Shown here: one piece after another, positions 10,506 to 20,818 of the stretch | Numbering within the stretch: position 1 is the first letter of the stretch | Layout of the letters: every line of letters starts with the position of its first letter | Source of the DNA: Alphaproteobacteria bacterium | GTDB lineage: Bacteria > Pseudomonadota > Alphaproteobacteria > Rs-D84 | DNA length: 64,000 nt | Direction of reading: 5' to 3' | NCBI GenBank assembly: GCA_017616785.1 | Contig: JAFZXK010000005.1 | Coordinates: forward strand, 7,906-71,905 | Notes under the pieces: model-generated | What the model was told of the DNA's origin: nothing | Databases searched by the model: none | The model's input: the letters and a program-made list of their open reading frames with translations, nothing else | Program-made: the position numbers and the translations under genes

Positions 10506-10559
10506 CCTCTGTGATAACAGGGGAATTATATCATAAAATCGGTGTAAATGATAGGATTT
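10506..10559. repeat. Direct repeat copy 1 (copy 2 at 11283-11337)
   Basis: cctctg.ga.aacagggg aattatatcataaaatcggtgtaaa..ataggattt shared by both copies. Confidence 0.85.
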
Positions 10560-10640
10560 TTAATTTGCAACTAAAAAAAATCAATTTGATTTTTGGGGAT
10601 TTTATAGTATAATAATGCCAACGGATTAAGGGGTAAATAT

Positions 10641-11261
10641 ATGATGAAAGCAAAAACAGAAAAATATAATGAAGCCCGCGTAACCATAGATGGTTCTTTG
10701 GAACATAGACTTAAACGGGATAATACGCTTATACAATTGGCAACATTTTTGACAGCGGCTGCCTTTGGGTTTAATTTTGCTGCAAATGCGCTTGAAGCAA
10801 GTAAAAAACCAATCGCAGAAATAACGTCCAAAGCAATGATTTATACTGGACTAGGTCTGCTCTTTGTTGCAATTGCATTGATTGTGGCAACATCAGATCC
10901 ATTTGAACTTGATGGCGAAAGTACTCACAATATAGAATTGATTTTAAAGGATTTGTATTCTAAACAAACGAACGAAGATTTTAATCGTGAGTTGGTAAAA
11001 CTTGCTCCTGTGTTTAATTCGATGTTAAAGGTTCTTGCCGAACGCAGCCCGGAACCTTCGAAAGATATCCTTGAATCGGTGACCCCAGAAAAAACAGCAA
11101 ATATTATTCGTGAATATTTGAAAACCCACCCTAAAGATGCCGGGAAATTTGTAAATATTCTAGTCGCTGCCGATATTCCACAAAAATTGATTGATAGGTA
11201 TATAAGCGAGTTTATGCCAACAACAATCACATTTGACATGGCCCGAAGCGCAGGTTATTAA
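10641..11261 (+). CDS. Hypothetical two-TM membrane protein
   Basis: 206 aa ORF, promoter TTGATT-16-TATAAT at 10586-10613, SD aagggg. Confidence 0.75.
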   Translation: MMKAKTEKYNEARVTIDGSLEHRLKRDNTLIQLATFLTAAAFGFNFAANALEASKKPIAEITSKAMIYTGLGLLFVAIALIVATSDPFELDGESTHNIELILKDLYSKQTNEDFNRELVKLAPVFNSMLKVLAERSPEPSKDILESVTPEKTANIIREYLKTHPKDAGKFVNILVAADIPQKLIDRYISEFMPTTITFDMARSAGY

Positions 11262-11282
11262 GTAGCCATTCATTTTATGTTC

Positions 11283-11337
11283 CCTCTGCGACAACAGGGG
11301 GAATTATATCATAAAATCGGTGTAAAGAATAGGATTT
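11283..11337. repeat. Direct repeat copy 2 (copy 1 at 10506-10559)
   Basis: Direct alignment with a few substitutions. Confidence 0.85.
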
Positions 11338-11350
11338 CCTTTATAACACC

Positions 11351-11620
11351 CTAACGGCCCTGTGTTTTCAGGGTTTTAGCACGTTTTAGAAATTCATTTT
11401 CATAGACAATACAACGCATACTTGGACACAAATTGTCTTCATCTTGCAAAAACATTCTGTCGTCACCGGTTTCAGACAACTGTCTTATAAATGCACGATA
11501 TTCACGAAAATGTTTGCTGACACTTTCGCATACTTTACCTGTGACCGAACAAACATATGTGTCTTGGGGTAAATTATAATCCCGTTCATATAATGGTTCC
11601 TTTTCAATTTCTTTTGACAT
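11351..11620 (-). CDS. Small Cys-containing hypothetical protein (ends QGR)
   Basis: SD aagga; CSVTGKVC...CPSMRC. Confidence 0.75.
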   Translation of the reverse strand: MSKEIEKEPLYERDYNLPQDTYVCSVTGKVCESVSKHFREYRAFIRQLSETGDDRMFLQDEDNLCPSMRCIVYENEFLKRAKTLKTQGR

Positions 11621-11647
11621 TTTTATTTCCTTTTTTGTTGTTAAAAA

Positions 11648-12400
11648 TCAACGACTTTGGTCCACAATGTCTGTACCACGATATACGGTTACCCTGACTT
11701 TGTTAGGAATATATGGTTCACGTTTACTGTTGTCATCATAATAATGTTCAAAACCAGAATCCAGGAAACATGGCATTTTTGTGCTAGCATAACGCAAAAG
11801 GTTAAGTGCGGCCTTTGGATCAACATCCAACAAAGTCGTTGCCCAAACAAACACATCAAAACCATCTAATAACTTTGCTGATTTGATCTTGGATTGTTCG
11901 TAATCACACCACTTTTTTCGTTCGTTAAAATCCCACCAACCTTCTTTATCCCGTTCATGAATAATTATGTTTTCCAATGTTGCGCGGTCGCCATCCCGCA
12001 TGTGTTTCATAAAGGTCTTATCGTATGGGTCTTTCACAAATCCATGTGGCACATCAATCCAATTATCATTCTTGATAGCTTTCATAGTATATATCACATA
12101 ATTTGTATCTATTGTTTTTGGTTTCCCCAAACGTTTTTGAAAAGGACCTTCGATTGACCATGGGGTGAAGATAAATATGCCATCCACCACGCGCGCACCG
12201 TTCGCCACCAAGGACCAAAAATTTTCCATGCGTTTAACACCAATTCTACCGCTACCGCCATGCCGTATCGATTGAGATATTGGTGCATAATCATGTAACA
12301 TAAAGATATATTTACCCCGAAACCTTGCGTAATTACCGTCAATTCGTGGCAATTTGTCCAGCCCATATTGTTCCAAGAATTTCTTTGCAGCTTCTGCCAT
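11648..12400 (-). CDS. Hypothetical protein (ends QSR)
   Basis: Start moved to MAEAAKK at 12400 with SD aagga. Confidence 0.75.
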   Translation of the reverse strand: MAEAAKKFLEQYGLDKLPRIDGNYARFRGKYIFMLHDYAPISQSIRHGGSGRIGVKRMENFWSLVANGARVVDGIFIFTPWSIEGPFQKRLGKPKTIDTNYVIYTMKAIKNDNWIDVPHGFVKDPYDKTFMKHMRDGDRATLENIIIHERDKEGWWDFNERKKWCDYEQSKIKSAKLLDGFDVFVWATTLLDVDPKAALNLLRYASTKMPCFLDSGFEHYYDDNSKREPYIPNKVRVTVYRGTDIVDQSR

Positions 12401-12413
12401 TTTTGTTTTCCTT

Positions 12414-13181
12414 TTACCGCGATTTGCCCATATATTTATCGAACCGTTGCAGTGCGGGATAGCAGCGTTTTTCAACATCTGGGTATATTGATAAGTCCCG
12501 AAATTTTTCAGATTCCAAATCCAGATATTCTTTGTATGCATCCGCATTTTCTTTCTTGTCGAACAAAGAAATGTGAATACAGGGCCGTTGTGCATAAGTG
12601 CCGGCCCCAGCATGAATAGAATCAATCAATTTTATCAAATACACATAATAATCCGGTTGGTTTTTATAAACTATGACCGTTTTGAATACAGGAACACATT
12701 CGCCAATCCCGATCAAATCGGCACTATCTTTTTGTATAACTATCGGATTATATCCGCTAAATACATTCAATGGCACCATTTGTGGGTTGCCAAATCGAAA
12801 AATGCAACGCGACCTGCGCCACGATGTTGTTTCATTGGGGTTATATCCTTTGTTAAATATATCAATATTTTTGGGCATAATGCTGGCTATTTTGGCGTTT
12901 TCATTAACCTCGGAAATCAAAAAATTTTCATAATCTTTGACCTGGCACAATAAATTGTAATATTTGTTGCAATAATCCCCATTGGCCAAATGATATTGTT
13001 CAACCCCTAAATCGGTATCTTTGTCTTGCACCAATGCGACCCCATCGCCACGCATATAAACATAAAGCCCATATACATCATTGTTTTTAATGTCACATTG
13101 CAAGCCACACAGACGTTTGTACGCCGTAGATGCCTCGAACAACGGGGTTGGAATTGTTTTTGAATTTGTTTTATCTGCCAT
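12414..13181 (-). CDS. Hypothetical protein (ends KSR)
   Basis: 255 aa ORF, coupled to the upstream gene. Confidence 0.75.
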   Translation of the reverse strand: MADKTNSKTIPTPLFEASTAYKRLCGLQCDIKNNDVYGLYVYMRGDGVALVQDKDTDLGVEQYHLANGDYCNKYYNLLCQVKDYENFLISEVNENAKIASIMPKNIDIFNKGYNPNETTSWRRSRCIFRFGNPQMVPLNVFSGYNPIVIQKDSADLIGIGECVPVFKTVIVYKNQPDYYVYLIKLIDSIHAGAGTYAQRPCIHISLFDKKENADAYKEYLDLESEKFRDLSIYPDVEKRCYPALQRFDKYMGKSR

Positions 13182-13183
13182 TT

Positions 13184-13606
13184 TTATCTTCCTTGGTTTT
13201 TACAGAATAGTTTATCAAAAAACATCCTTGTTTTTACTTTAACAAGATTTGGAAATATATAAAATAATTTTGCATAGAAAACATCTTCACTGTCTGCTAG
13301 CGATGCACATGCAGAGTATAATGAGAAGGCCTTGTTCCATTGGATTTTATTTTTCCCGTATATCTTGTATTCTTCCCCGTTATAATTCATAACAAAACTT
13401 CTTACCGCCAGAAGAGCATCATAAACAGTACGGCTCGATATGGTAAACAACTCTTTGTTTGGCGCGTTAACCTCATCTTTCTTATATACTGCAATTTTTT
13501 TACCCCATGGCACGTCGTCTGGTACATATTGAAGACAAATATCTGGACGCGCCAATGAAGCAATCGCTTGTTCAATTTCTCGCTTGGAAATTATATTATC
13601 CGTCAT
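13184..13606 (-). CDS. Hypothetical protein (ends QGR)
   Basis: 140 aa ORF, SD aaggg. Confidence 0.75.
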   Translation of the reverse strand: MTDNIISKREIEQAIASLARPDICLQYVPDDVPWGKKIAVYKKDEVNAPNKELFTISSRTVYDALLAVRSFVMNYNGEEYKIYGKNKIQWNKAFSLYSACASLADSEDVFYAKLFYIFPNLVKVKTRMFFDKLFCKNQGR

Positions 13607-13626
13607 TTCTTTCCCTTTTATATGGT

Positions 13627-14511
13627 TTAATCGCTATACTCCTCGGCGAAAAGACAACCTTGTACTACTCTCAATGCTCGCCATGCATCCAGGTATTTAT
13701 AAACAATTTTCTCAATCTCACTGGATTTGGTTTTATACGGTACATTGATTGACACACCACTGAATTTCATCCAAACATTCGTTTTATAATCGTACGATAT
13801 CTGAATTAAGGCATCGACTGCGGTCTCGATATGTGTCCCAACTATTGGGGTAAATTCTATACTGGTATAAGGTTGACCATCAAATTCATTTGGCATATGC
13901 ATAATGTATGTTCCAACCAGTTTTTTACCATCATGGCGGTATTTGTATGGTCGTATATGACTGCGAATAATTTGTTTAGTGGTTATTCCGGTTTTGGGCT
14001 TTTTACAGTTAAACCGAAAATATACACCATTGGCATCACACGGCCGGCCATATTCTTCGGAATCGTGACACAGTGTCATAACTTTGGATTTTGCAAGATT
14101 TTTAACCCCGCCGTTTTTATCAATTGCGCCGCTTTTTACATCATCGCGATATGCATACACCAATTTTGATACCGCGTTCGGTTTGATAACGTCCCACAAT
14201 ATCCCATATTTAAAAATAACCTCGTTATAATATGTGTTTGAAATATCCCGGAATTTGTCCGGCAAAGTCCGAACCAGGCGTGTGGCCACCAAACTGGCCA
14301 AAGTCAGTTCCGGACAATCCGCAAATTTTTCCGGATTAACCTCATGCAAGGCATCAATTCGGACACGAAATATTTCCGGCAATTGATCGAGTTCGGTTTT
14401 ATGCCGGTCCAATTCCTTATTCAGTTCGATTGTTTGTTGATCGCGAAATTCATCCTCTTCCTTGGCCGCAATTTTTGCCAGCCGTTCATCAGAAACATAT
14501 TTATAGTACAC
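13627..14511 (-). CDS. Hypothetical protein
   Basis: Long ORF; likely GTG start at 14511 after aggtgg. Confidence 0.7.
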   Translation of the reverse strand: MYYKYVSDERLAKIAAKEEDEFRDQQTIELNKELDRHKTELDQLPEIFRVRIDALHEVNPEKFADCPELTLASLVATRLVRTLPDKFRDISNTYYNEVIFKYGILWDVIKPNAVSKLVYAYRDDVKSGAIDKNGGVKNLAKSKVMTLCHDSEEYGRPCDANGVYFRFNCKKPKTGITTKQIIRSHIRPYKYRHDGKKLVGTYIMHMPNEFDGQPYTSIEFTPIVGTHIETAVDALIQISYDYKTNVWMKFSGVSINVPYKTKSSEIEKIVYKYLDAWRALRVVQGCLFAEEYSD

Positions 14512-14531
14512 GGTTTGCCACCTTGGTATGT

Positions 14532-14792
14532 TTAACGAGAACAATTCTGTTTGCAGTTTTTACAGATTTGATTCATTGTTTTTGATAATTCGGCAATTTT
14601 ATCTGTATGTTTTTCCGCTATGTAAAAATCAATGCGTAAAACACTATTGTTGTCTGTATTTGAGTTATAATTGTAACCATTTACCACAGAATAACGAACC
14701 GCCGGGCATTTTGCTAAATCCAAACCACAGAAATTTTCTGTAATCGGGTTGTTGTTAATTGCGATAATTGTTTTGTTTATGTTTTGAGTCAT
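14532..14792 (-). CDS. Small Cys-containing hypothetical protein (C-x6-CP...CxxC, ends CSR)
   Basis: SD aagga; Cys pattern shared with 8491 and 8815 ORFs. Confidence 0.7.
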   Translation of the reverse strand: MTQNINKTIIAINNNPITENFCGLDLAKCPAVRYSVVNGYNYNSNTDNNSVLRIDFYIAEKHTDKIAELSKTMNQICKNCKQNCSR

Positions 14793-14945
14793 TTTAACAT
14801 CCTTTTCGCTGTATTGATAAAGATATCATAAAACCGCCACTTGTCAACGATAAATATCCCCACTAACACTACTCACCCGTCGCGGCATGCCGCGGTTACA
14901 CTTTTTTAATTTGACTTGGGCGCGATATGGCGGTAGTATATAAAC

Positions 14946-15296
14946 ATGATGAAAATTTATCGTTTTTTGTTCGCGCTTTTTGTTTTGGTTCCATTTGGGG
15001 CCCATGCGTATATTGATAAAAACATTGCGGTGATTCAGGTTATGAACAAGGCCGCCGGAAAAACACAAACCCTTCAATTGCCCGTTGGGCAACTGGTCGG
15101 TTTTGAAAAGTTAAATTTGCTTGTGCGGGCGTGTAAGCAATCGGACCCGTTCGATGCGGAAAATTTCTATGCGTTTACCGAAATTTCAAAGGCCGACGGC
15201 GGCAAGATTTATGGTAACTGGATGGACCGGAATAATCCCGGCAAAAACCCGGTACAAAATGCCGACTATGATATTTGGCTTGTGCGGTGTGAATAA
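14946..15296 (+). CDS. DUF2155 family exported protein
   Basis: Signal peptide; NKAAGKT...VRAC...YDIWLVRC pattern. Confidence 0.75.
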   Translation: MMKIYRFLFALFVLVPFGAHAYIDKNIAVIQVMNKAAGKTQTLQLPVGQLVGFEKLNLLVRACKQSDPFDAENFYAFTEISKADGGKIYGNWMDRNNPGKNPVQNADYDIWLVRCE

Positions 15297-15313
15297 TGTA
15301 AAACGGGGGCGGT

Positions 15314-15640
15314 ATGAAAAAAATTCTTGTTCGTAGTATCGTTTTTGTGGTTGGTGTTGGCGTATTGCTTTTGGCCATATTCGTTTTCTTTACATTGCCG
15401 CGCAAAGATGCCGCGTTGGAAAGTGCATATCTTAAAGATTGGCGTGGAACGACGGTTGAACGCCGGATTGCCGCGGCCAAGGTTTTAACCGCGTCCGAAC
15501 AAAACCTTGAACTATTGGTGGCGTGCGTTGATAAAATGGTGACTTTGCCGGATTCGGGCGATATGCCGGTGCGCGACGCGATGGAACTTTGTTTTGTCGG
15601 CATGCAATTAAAAAATCATATATACCAAGAACAACCATAA
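15314..15640 (+). CDS. Hypothetical membrane-anchored protein
   Basis: N-terminal TM; coupled to the next gene (taatg). Confidence 0.7.
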   Translation: MKKILVRSIVFVVGVGVLLLAIFVFFTLPRKDAALESAYLKDWRGTTVERRIAAAKVLTASEQNLELLVACVDKMVTLPDSGDMPVRDAMELCFVGMQLKNHIYQEQP

Positions 15641-16332
15641 TGTGGCGCGCGGTATTGATTGCTTTTTTGTTTGGATGTGCGTGCGGCGGTAATGCCACGG
15701 ATTTGGCTGCCGAATACATTGGGGTAAAATACGTTTTGGATCCGCTTGGCGAAGCGCATGCGCCGGATATCGACCCCTTGATAAGATTTGATGCGTTTGA
15801 TTGTACGACCTTTGTCGAAACGGTGTTGGCGGACGGCGATGTTCAAAGGTTGAATAAAATAAGATATGCGGACGGCGTTCCAAACTTTACAAATCGTAAT
15901 CATTTTATCGAAACAGATTGGCTTTCCAACAATTCCGACATCGTGCAAAATGTGAGCAATCGTTACGGCAAAACCGCAACGCATACGGTTACGATTGACA
16001 AGAAAAATTGGTTTAGGACCGTGCATAATATGGATACTGATTTTTCGCCGGAAACCGTGGCACTTCGATATATTCCGTATAAATATGCCGCCGATATAAA
16101 GGTTGAAAAGCCGGTTGTTGTTTTGTTCCTGCGCAATAATACAAAGATTCGTGATAAAATCGGAACGGATTTGGCGGTTCGGCATATGGGCTTTTTGTTA
16201 CCGAACGGAACTTTGCGCCATGCTTCACGGCGGGCGGGCGCGGTTGTGGATGAAGATTTTACCAAATATGTACAACGAATGATGGAAAAGCAAAATAATT
16301 TGGGTATAATGATTTTGGAAATAAAGAAATGA
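15640..16332 (+). CDS. DUF1460 NlpC/P60-like amidase
   Basis: FDAFDCTTFVETVLA, RNHF, RHMGF, LRHAS. Confidence 0.8.
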   Translation: MWRAVLIAFLFGCACGGNATDLAAEYIGVKYVLDPLGEAHAPDIDPLIRFDAFDCTTFVETVLADGDVQRLNKIRYADGVPNFTNRNHFIETDWLSNNSDIVQNVSNRYGKTATHTVTIDKKNWFRTVHNMDTDFSPETVALRYIPYKYAADIKVEKPVVVLFLRNNTKIRDKIGTDLAVRHMGFLLPNGTLRHASRRAGAVVDEDFTKYVQRMMEKQNNLGIMILEIKK

Positions 16333-17450
16333 CAGACGATACAATTATAAAAATGGATATGGGTGCGGTTGCCGGGCGGCGTTCGTCGGGGCGTGCGATA
16401 TTGTGCCTAGGGATTGAATCTTCGTGCGATGAAACAAGTGCCGCCATCGTGGATTCAGACCGTAATATTCTTTCCCATATAATATATTCGCAAATTCCGG
16501 AACACCAGAAATATGGTGGCGTTGTGCCGGAACTTGCCGCGCGTGCGCATATACTTGCAATTGATGAGGTTATAAATCTTGCGCTTTCGCGTGCGAACAA
16601 AAAACTTGCCGACATTGATGTTATTGCGGCGACCGCGGGGCCGGGTCTGATTGGTGGCGTGTTGGTCGGTTGGATGGCGGCAACAGGTATCGCACAATCA
16701 ACAAAAAAAACACTTGTCGCCGTAAATCATCTGGAGGGACATGCACTTGTCCCGCGCCTTTGTGCAACGGCCGCAGACGATAGCAAGACCGACATAAATG
16801 TTGAATTTCCATATCTGCTGATGCTTGCGTCCGGTGGACATTGTCAGATTTTATTGGTACGCGGCGTTGGGCAATATGAACTGATTGGGCAAACATTGGA
16901 CGACAGTGCCGGCGAAGCGTTCGACAAGGTTGCAAAAATGTTGGGGCTTGGGTATCCCGGCGGGCCGATTGTTGATGCACATGCAAAACTTGGCAATCCG
17001 CGGGCGTTTGATTTTCCACGACCGCTTTGCGATAAACCTGGCTCTGATTTTTCATTTAGTGGCATCAAGACCGCCGCGCGCGCGTTCTTGGGCAAATATA
17101 ATCCGCCCTATTCTGATGGGTTTATAAATGATTTCTGTGCTTCGTTTCAGGCATCTGTTGTCGATTGCATAATCAATCGGTTGAATAACGCAATGAAAAC
17201 CCAAATCGTTCGTGAATGCGCGCCAAAGACATTGGTTGTCGCGGGTGGCGTTGCAAAAAACAGCGCAATACGAAATGCTATGCAGGATTTGGCAAAACGG
17301 CACAATATGATTTTTGCCGCGCCGCCGATGAACCTATGTACCGATAACGGTGCAATGATTGCATGGGCCGGAATTGAAAACTATCGCGCGGGTAAGGTTG
17401 TGCGCGAACCGATTGCGCCGCGCCCGCGTTGGCCATTGACAGAATTATAA
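16329..17450 (+). CDS. tsaD: tRNA threonylcarbamoyltransferase
   Basis: LGIESSCDET, GGVVPELAARAH, NHLEGH, CTDNGAMIA. Confidence 0.97.
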   Translation: MTDDTIIKMDMGAVAGRRSSGRAILCLGIESSCDETSAAIVDSDRNILSHIIYSQIPEHQKYGGVVPELAARAHILAIDEVINLALSRANKKLADIDVIAATAGPGLIGGVLVGWMAATGIAQSTKKTLVAVNHLEGHALVPRLCATAADDSKTDINVEFPYLLMLASGGHCQILLVRGVGQYELIGQTLDDSAGEAFDKVAKMLGLGYPGGPIVDAHAKLGNPRAFDFPRPLCDKPGSDFSFSGIKTAARAFLGKYNPPYSDGFINDFCASFQASVVDCIINRLNNAMKTQIVRECAPKTLVVAGGVAKNSAIRNAMQDLAKRHNMIFAAPPMNLCTDNGAMIAWAGIENYRAGKVVREPIAPRPRWPLTEL

Positions 17451-17459
17451 GGATGCAAC

Positions 17460-18698
17460 ATGCAAAAACCGGAACCTTTTGTTAAACCTGATATGATTTT
17501 TTCGGTTTCCGATGCGTCGGCATTGCTTAAAAATGTTGTTGAAACGGCATTTCCGGTTATACGGATTCGTGGTGAACTGTCGCAAATTACGCGTGCGACT
17601 TCGGGGCATATGTATATGACGATAAAGGATTCATCGGCAGCGATGTCCGTTATCATCTGGCGCGGAACACCGGTGAATTTTGCGCTGTGCGACGGGCTAG
17701 AGGTTATAATTACCGGGAAACTTACAACCTATCCGGCGCGCAGTAATTATCAAATTGTCGCAAGCGGTATTGAAATGGCCGGTGTTGGCGCAATTCTTAA
17801 AATGCTTGAAGAACGCAAACAAAAATTGGCGGCCGAGGGGTTATTTGACGTATCGCGCAAAAAGCCATTGCCAAAATTACCAACCACAATTGGCGTCGTC
17901 ACCAGTCCGACCGGTGCCGCATTCCAAGATATTCAAAATCGTTTGCGTGAACGGTTCCCGGTGCATGTAATTTTGTATCCTGCAACCGTCCAAGGCACAA
18001 CCGCCGCGGCCGAAGTCGCCGCCGGCGTTGAATACTTTAATCGTGCAAAAAATGTTGATGTTATAATTGTCGCACGTGGTGGTGGCGCGCTCGAAGATTT
18101 GTTGCCCTTTTCCGAAGAAATCGTTGTTCGCGCGGTTGCAAATAGTAAAATTCCCGTTATTACCGGCGTTGGACATGAACCGGATTGGATGTTGGTTGAC
18201 TTTGCCGCGGATCATCGCGCGCCAACACCGACCGGCGCGGCCGAAGCGGTCGTTCCAACAAAAATATCACTTGTTCAAGATTTGGAAAACCTTGGGCATC
18301 GGTTATCCGTTGGGCTTGCCACGCGAATCATAAATATCAAACAGAAAATCGAAAATATAAGTATCAAAAGTCCGCGGCAAATGCTAATGGAACGGGCGCA
18401 GCGGTTGGATGATATTACGCGAACACTTGGCATAATAATAAATTCAAAAATGGTTGACGCAAAATACAAAATGAAAGTCGTAGAAAAAATGCCTGATATG
18501 TTGAATAACCAGATGTTAAATCTGCGACGGGGATTGGAACATGCGGGGCAAATGTTAAACTCACTTGGGTATAAAAATGTTTTACGGCGCGGATATGCAA
18601 TTGCACGCGCGGCGGATAACGCAATAATTTCAAGTGCAATCGGCGCAACAAATAAAATCACATCCATTGAATTTGCAGATGGAATTGTGAATATCTAA
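17460..18698 (+). CDS. xseA: Exodeoxyribonuclease VII large subunit
   Basis: SGHMY, TSPTGAAFQDI, ARGGG, GVGHEPD, APTPTGAAE. Confidence 0.95.
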   Translation: MQKPEPFVKPDMIFSVSDASALLKNVVETAFPVIRIRGELSQITRATSGHMYMTIKDSSAAMSVIIWRGTPVNFALCDGLEVIITGKLTTYPARSNYQIVASGIEMAGVGAILKMLEERKQKLAAEGLFDVSRKKPLPKLPTTIGVVTSPTGAAFQDIQNRLRERFPVHVILYPATVQGTTAAAEVAAGVEYFNRAKNVDVIIVARGGGALEDLLPFSEEIVVRAVANSKIPVITGVGHEPDWMLVDFAADHRAPTPTGAAEAVVPTKISLVQDLENLGHRLSVGLATRIINIKQKIENISIKSPRQMLMERAQRLDDITRTLGIIINSKMVDAKYKMKVVEKMPDMLNNQMLNLRRGLEHAGQMLNSLGYKNVLRRGYAIARAADNAIISSAIGATNKITSIEFADGIVNI

Positions 18699-20348
18699 TC
18701 ACTTTAATAGTGTCCTTGCGGTGGCGATTGATTCCGGTGTTATCTCCGCGCCGCTAATTATACGGGCAATTTCATTTAACCGGTCGTCGCCCGTAATTTC
18801 GCGCACGGTTGTTGTAGTTTTTGTGCCGTCCGAATTTTTTTCTATTTTGAAATGTTTATCGGCAAAACCAGCAACCTGGGCCGAATGGGTTATAACCAAC
18901 GCCTGGGAATTTTGGGCAAGACGGTTAAGACGATTGCCAACCGCACTTGCGGTCGCACCACTGATTCCGGTATCAACCTCATCAAAAACAAAGGTGTGCG
19001 ATGTGGTGGCATCCGCCAACACAACCCGCATAGCAAGCATTAGGCGTGCGAGTTCACCGCCCGACGCCGCACGATGCAGTGGTGCAAACGGCATTCCGGG
19101 ATTTGTCTTTATCATAAATACAATATCATCTGTACCGGTGCCCGATGGTTCGCGCGGTGTTATTTCCGTATCAAAGTCCGCATCTTTTAATTTCAAATCC
19201 GGCAATTCCCGCAACAATTGTGTTCGTAACTCTGTTGCCGCGCGCGCACGATATTCATGCAGTTTTTGCGCCACCGTTTGATATGCGTCATATGTCGTCG
19301 CAACAACATTTCTTAATCGTTTTAATTCGTCGTCTGAATTAGTTATAGTGTTTAACTGTGATTCCATTTCAACCAATTTTTGCGGCAATTCATCGGGCGC
19401 AACATGGTGTTTTCGGGCCGCTGCACGAATTGCGAAAAGACGTTCTTCAATCGAATCAACCGTATCGGTATCAATTTCATTTGGTGCAATTTGTTCGGCC
19501 ACTTTTGCCACGATTTCCGCCGCATTATAAAGGTTATCAATCTGTTCCGAATACGGATTTGGGTCGCCCTTGATACGTTCCAATATATGTGCAACGGCGA
19601 AAATTTGGGCATCCAATGTATCGCCACCGTGTCCCATTGCCGCGACAGCATCCGCCAAAACCGCAGCATTTTTTTCGGCATTTATCATATCGGCACGTTT
19701 TGTGGTAAGTTCAGATTCCTCACCAACCACCACTTTTAGTGCGCGTAATTCGGCAATGTTATGTTCAAGGTATTCTTGTTCGGCGGCGTTTTTATCAAGG
19801 AAATCTTGAACTTCTTGTAATTTCTTTGTTGCCGCATGATATTCGTTATATGTTTTTTCAACATCGGCCAAGATTCGTGCAAAACCGTCAATATTTTTTA
19901 TTGCGAAATTATCAAGCGCAATCCTATGCGTTGACGCGTCCAACAAAACATGATTTGCAAATTGACCATGAATTTCAAGTAACAAATCACCAACGGATTT
20001 AAGTACACGCACCGACACCGGCGTATCATTTATCCATGCACGACTTTTACCGTCCGCGCCAAGTGTGCGCCGCAATACAATCGCACCATCATGTTCAATT
20101 CCTGTTTCACGAAGGATTGCCACCGCATCCGTCGGACAAGAATCAAATTCCGCCGTAACAGACGCCATATCGGTTCCATGGCGAACAAGCCCAACATCCG
20201 AACGCGCCCCCAGTGCCAAAGACAACGCATCGAGTAATATACTTTTCCCAGCACCGGTTTCGCCCGTCAATATATTTAACCCCGAACCAAATTCAAGATT
20301 TAGTTTATCGATAAGAACTATATTAGAAATCGTTAAATGTGTCAGCAT
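18699..20348 (-). CDS. recN: DNA repair protein RecN
   Basis: LTGETGAGKS, ASGGELAR, FDEVDTGISG; start MLTHL at 20348. Confidence 0.97.
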   Translation of the reverse strand: MLTHLTISNIVLIDKLNLEFGSGLNILTGETGAGKSILLDALSLALGARSDVGLVRHGTDMASVTAEFDSCPTDAVAILRETGIEHDGAIVLRRTLGADGKSRAWINDTPVSVRVLKSVGDLLLEIHGQFANHVLLDASTHRIALDNFAIKNIDGFARILADVEKTYNEYHAATKKLQEVQDFLDKNAAEQEYLEHNIAELRALKVVVGEESELTTKRADMINAEKNAAVLADAVAAMGHGGDTLDAQIFAVAHILERIKGDPNPYSEQIDNLYNAAEIVAKVAEQIAPNEIDTDTVDSIEERLFAIRAAARKHHVAPDELPQKLVEMESQLNTITNSDDELKRLRNVVATTYDAYQTVAQKLHEYRARAATELRTQLLRELPDLKLKDADFDTEITPREPSGTGTDDIVFMIKTNPGMPFAPLHRAASGGELARLMLAMRVVLADATTSHTFVFDEVDTGISGATASAVGNRLNRLAQNSQALVITHSAQVAGFADKHFKIEKNSDGTKTTTTVREITGDDRLNEIARIISGAEITPESIATARTLLK

Positions 20349-20368
20349 ATCAATGTAATAATACCCTT

Positions 20369-20818
20369 TTATATTACATTTTCCAGTGTAAAATCGTTTA
20401 ACCAAAGAATTTTACAAGATATGTTAAAACCTGGATAAAATTCCTTTAACAGTTTATAGTATTCGATTAATTGCACGCAATATTTTTCATAATAAACTTT
20501 TTTATCTATATCCGTTTTGTAATCTAAAACGATCACAGTTTTTGTTTTTTCGTTGACATATAACCTATCGATACGGCGACTTAGGAACACACCATTTATA
20601 TATCCCGCCAATGGAACTTCGGCACACGAAAGTGGTCCCATAAATTCACACAAATCGGGATTATCTTTTATTTTGAAAACTATATTTTCATCGCCAGCAA
20701 AATCACCATTACAAAAACAAATCTTTGAAATGCGTGCATGAACATCTTTGCCATGCTTGGTTGCAAATTCTTTCGATTCAATATCGCGTATAATTGTGTT
20801 TAGTTTATTCTGTTTCAT
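20369..20818 (-). CDS. Stand-alone PD-(D/E)XK nuclease, AddA C-terminal nuclease domain
   Basis: HG..VH, AEVPLAG, RRIDRL, VLDYKTD, QL..Y motifs. Confidence 0.8.
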   Translation of the reverse strand: MKQNKLNTIIRDIESKEFATKHGKDVHARISKICFCNGDFAGDENIVFKIKDNPDLCEFMGPLSCAEVPLAGYINGVFLSRRIDRLYVNEKTKTVIVLDYKTDIDKKVYYEKYCVQLIEYYKLLKEFYPGFNISCKILWLNDFTLENVI

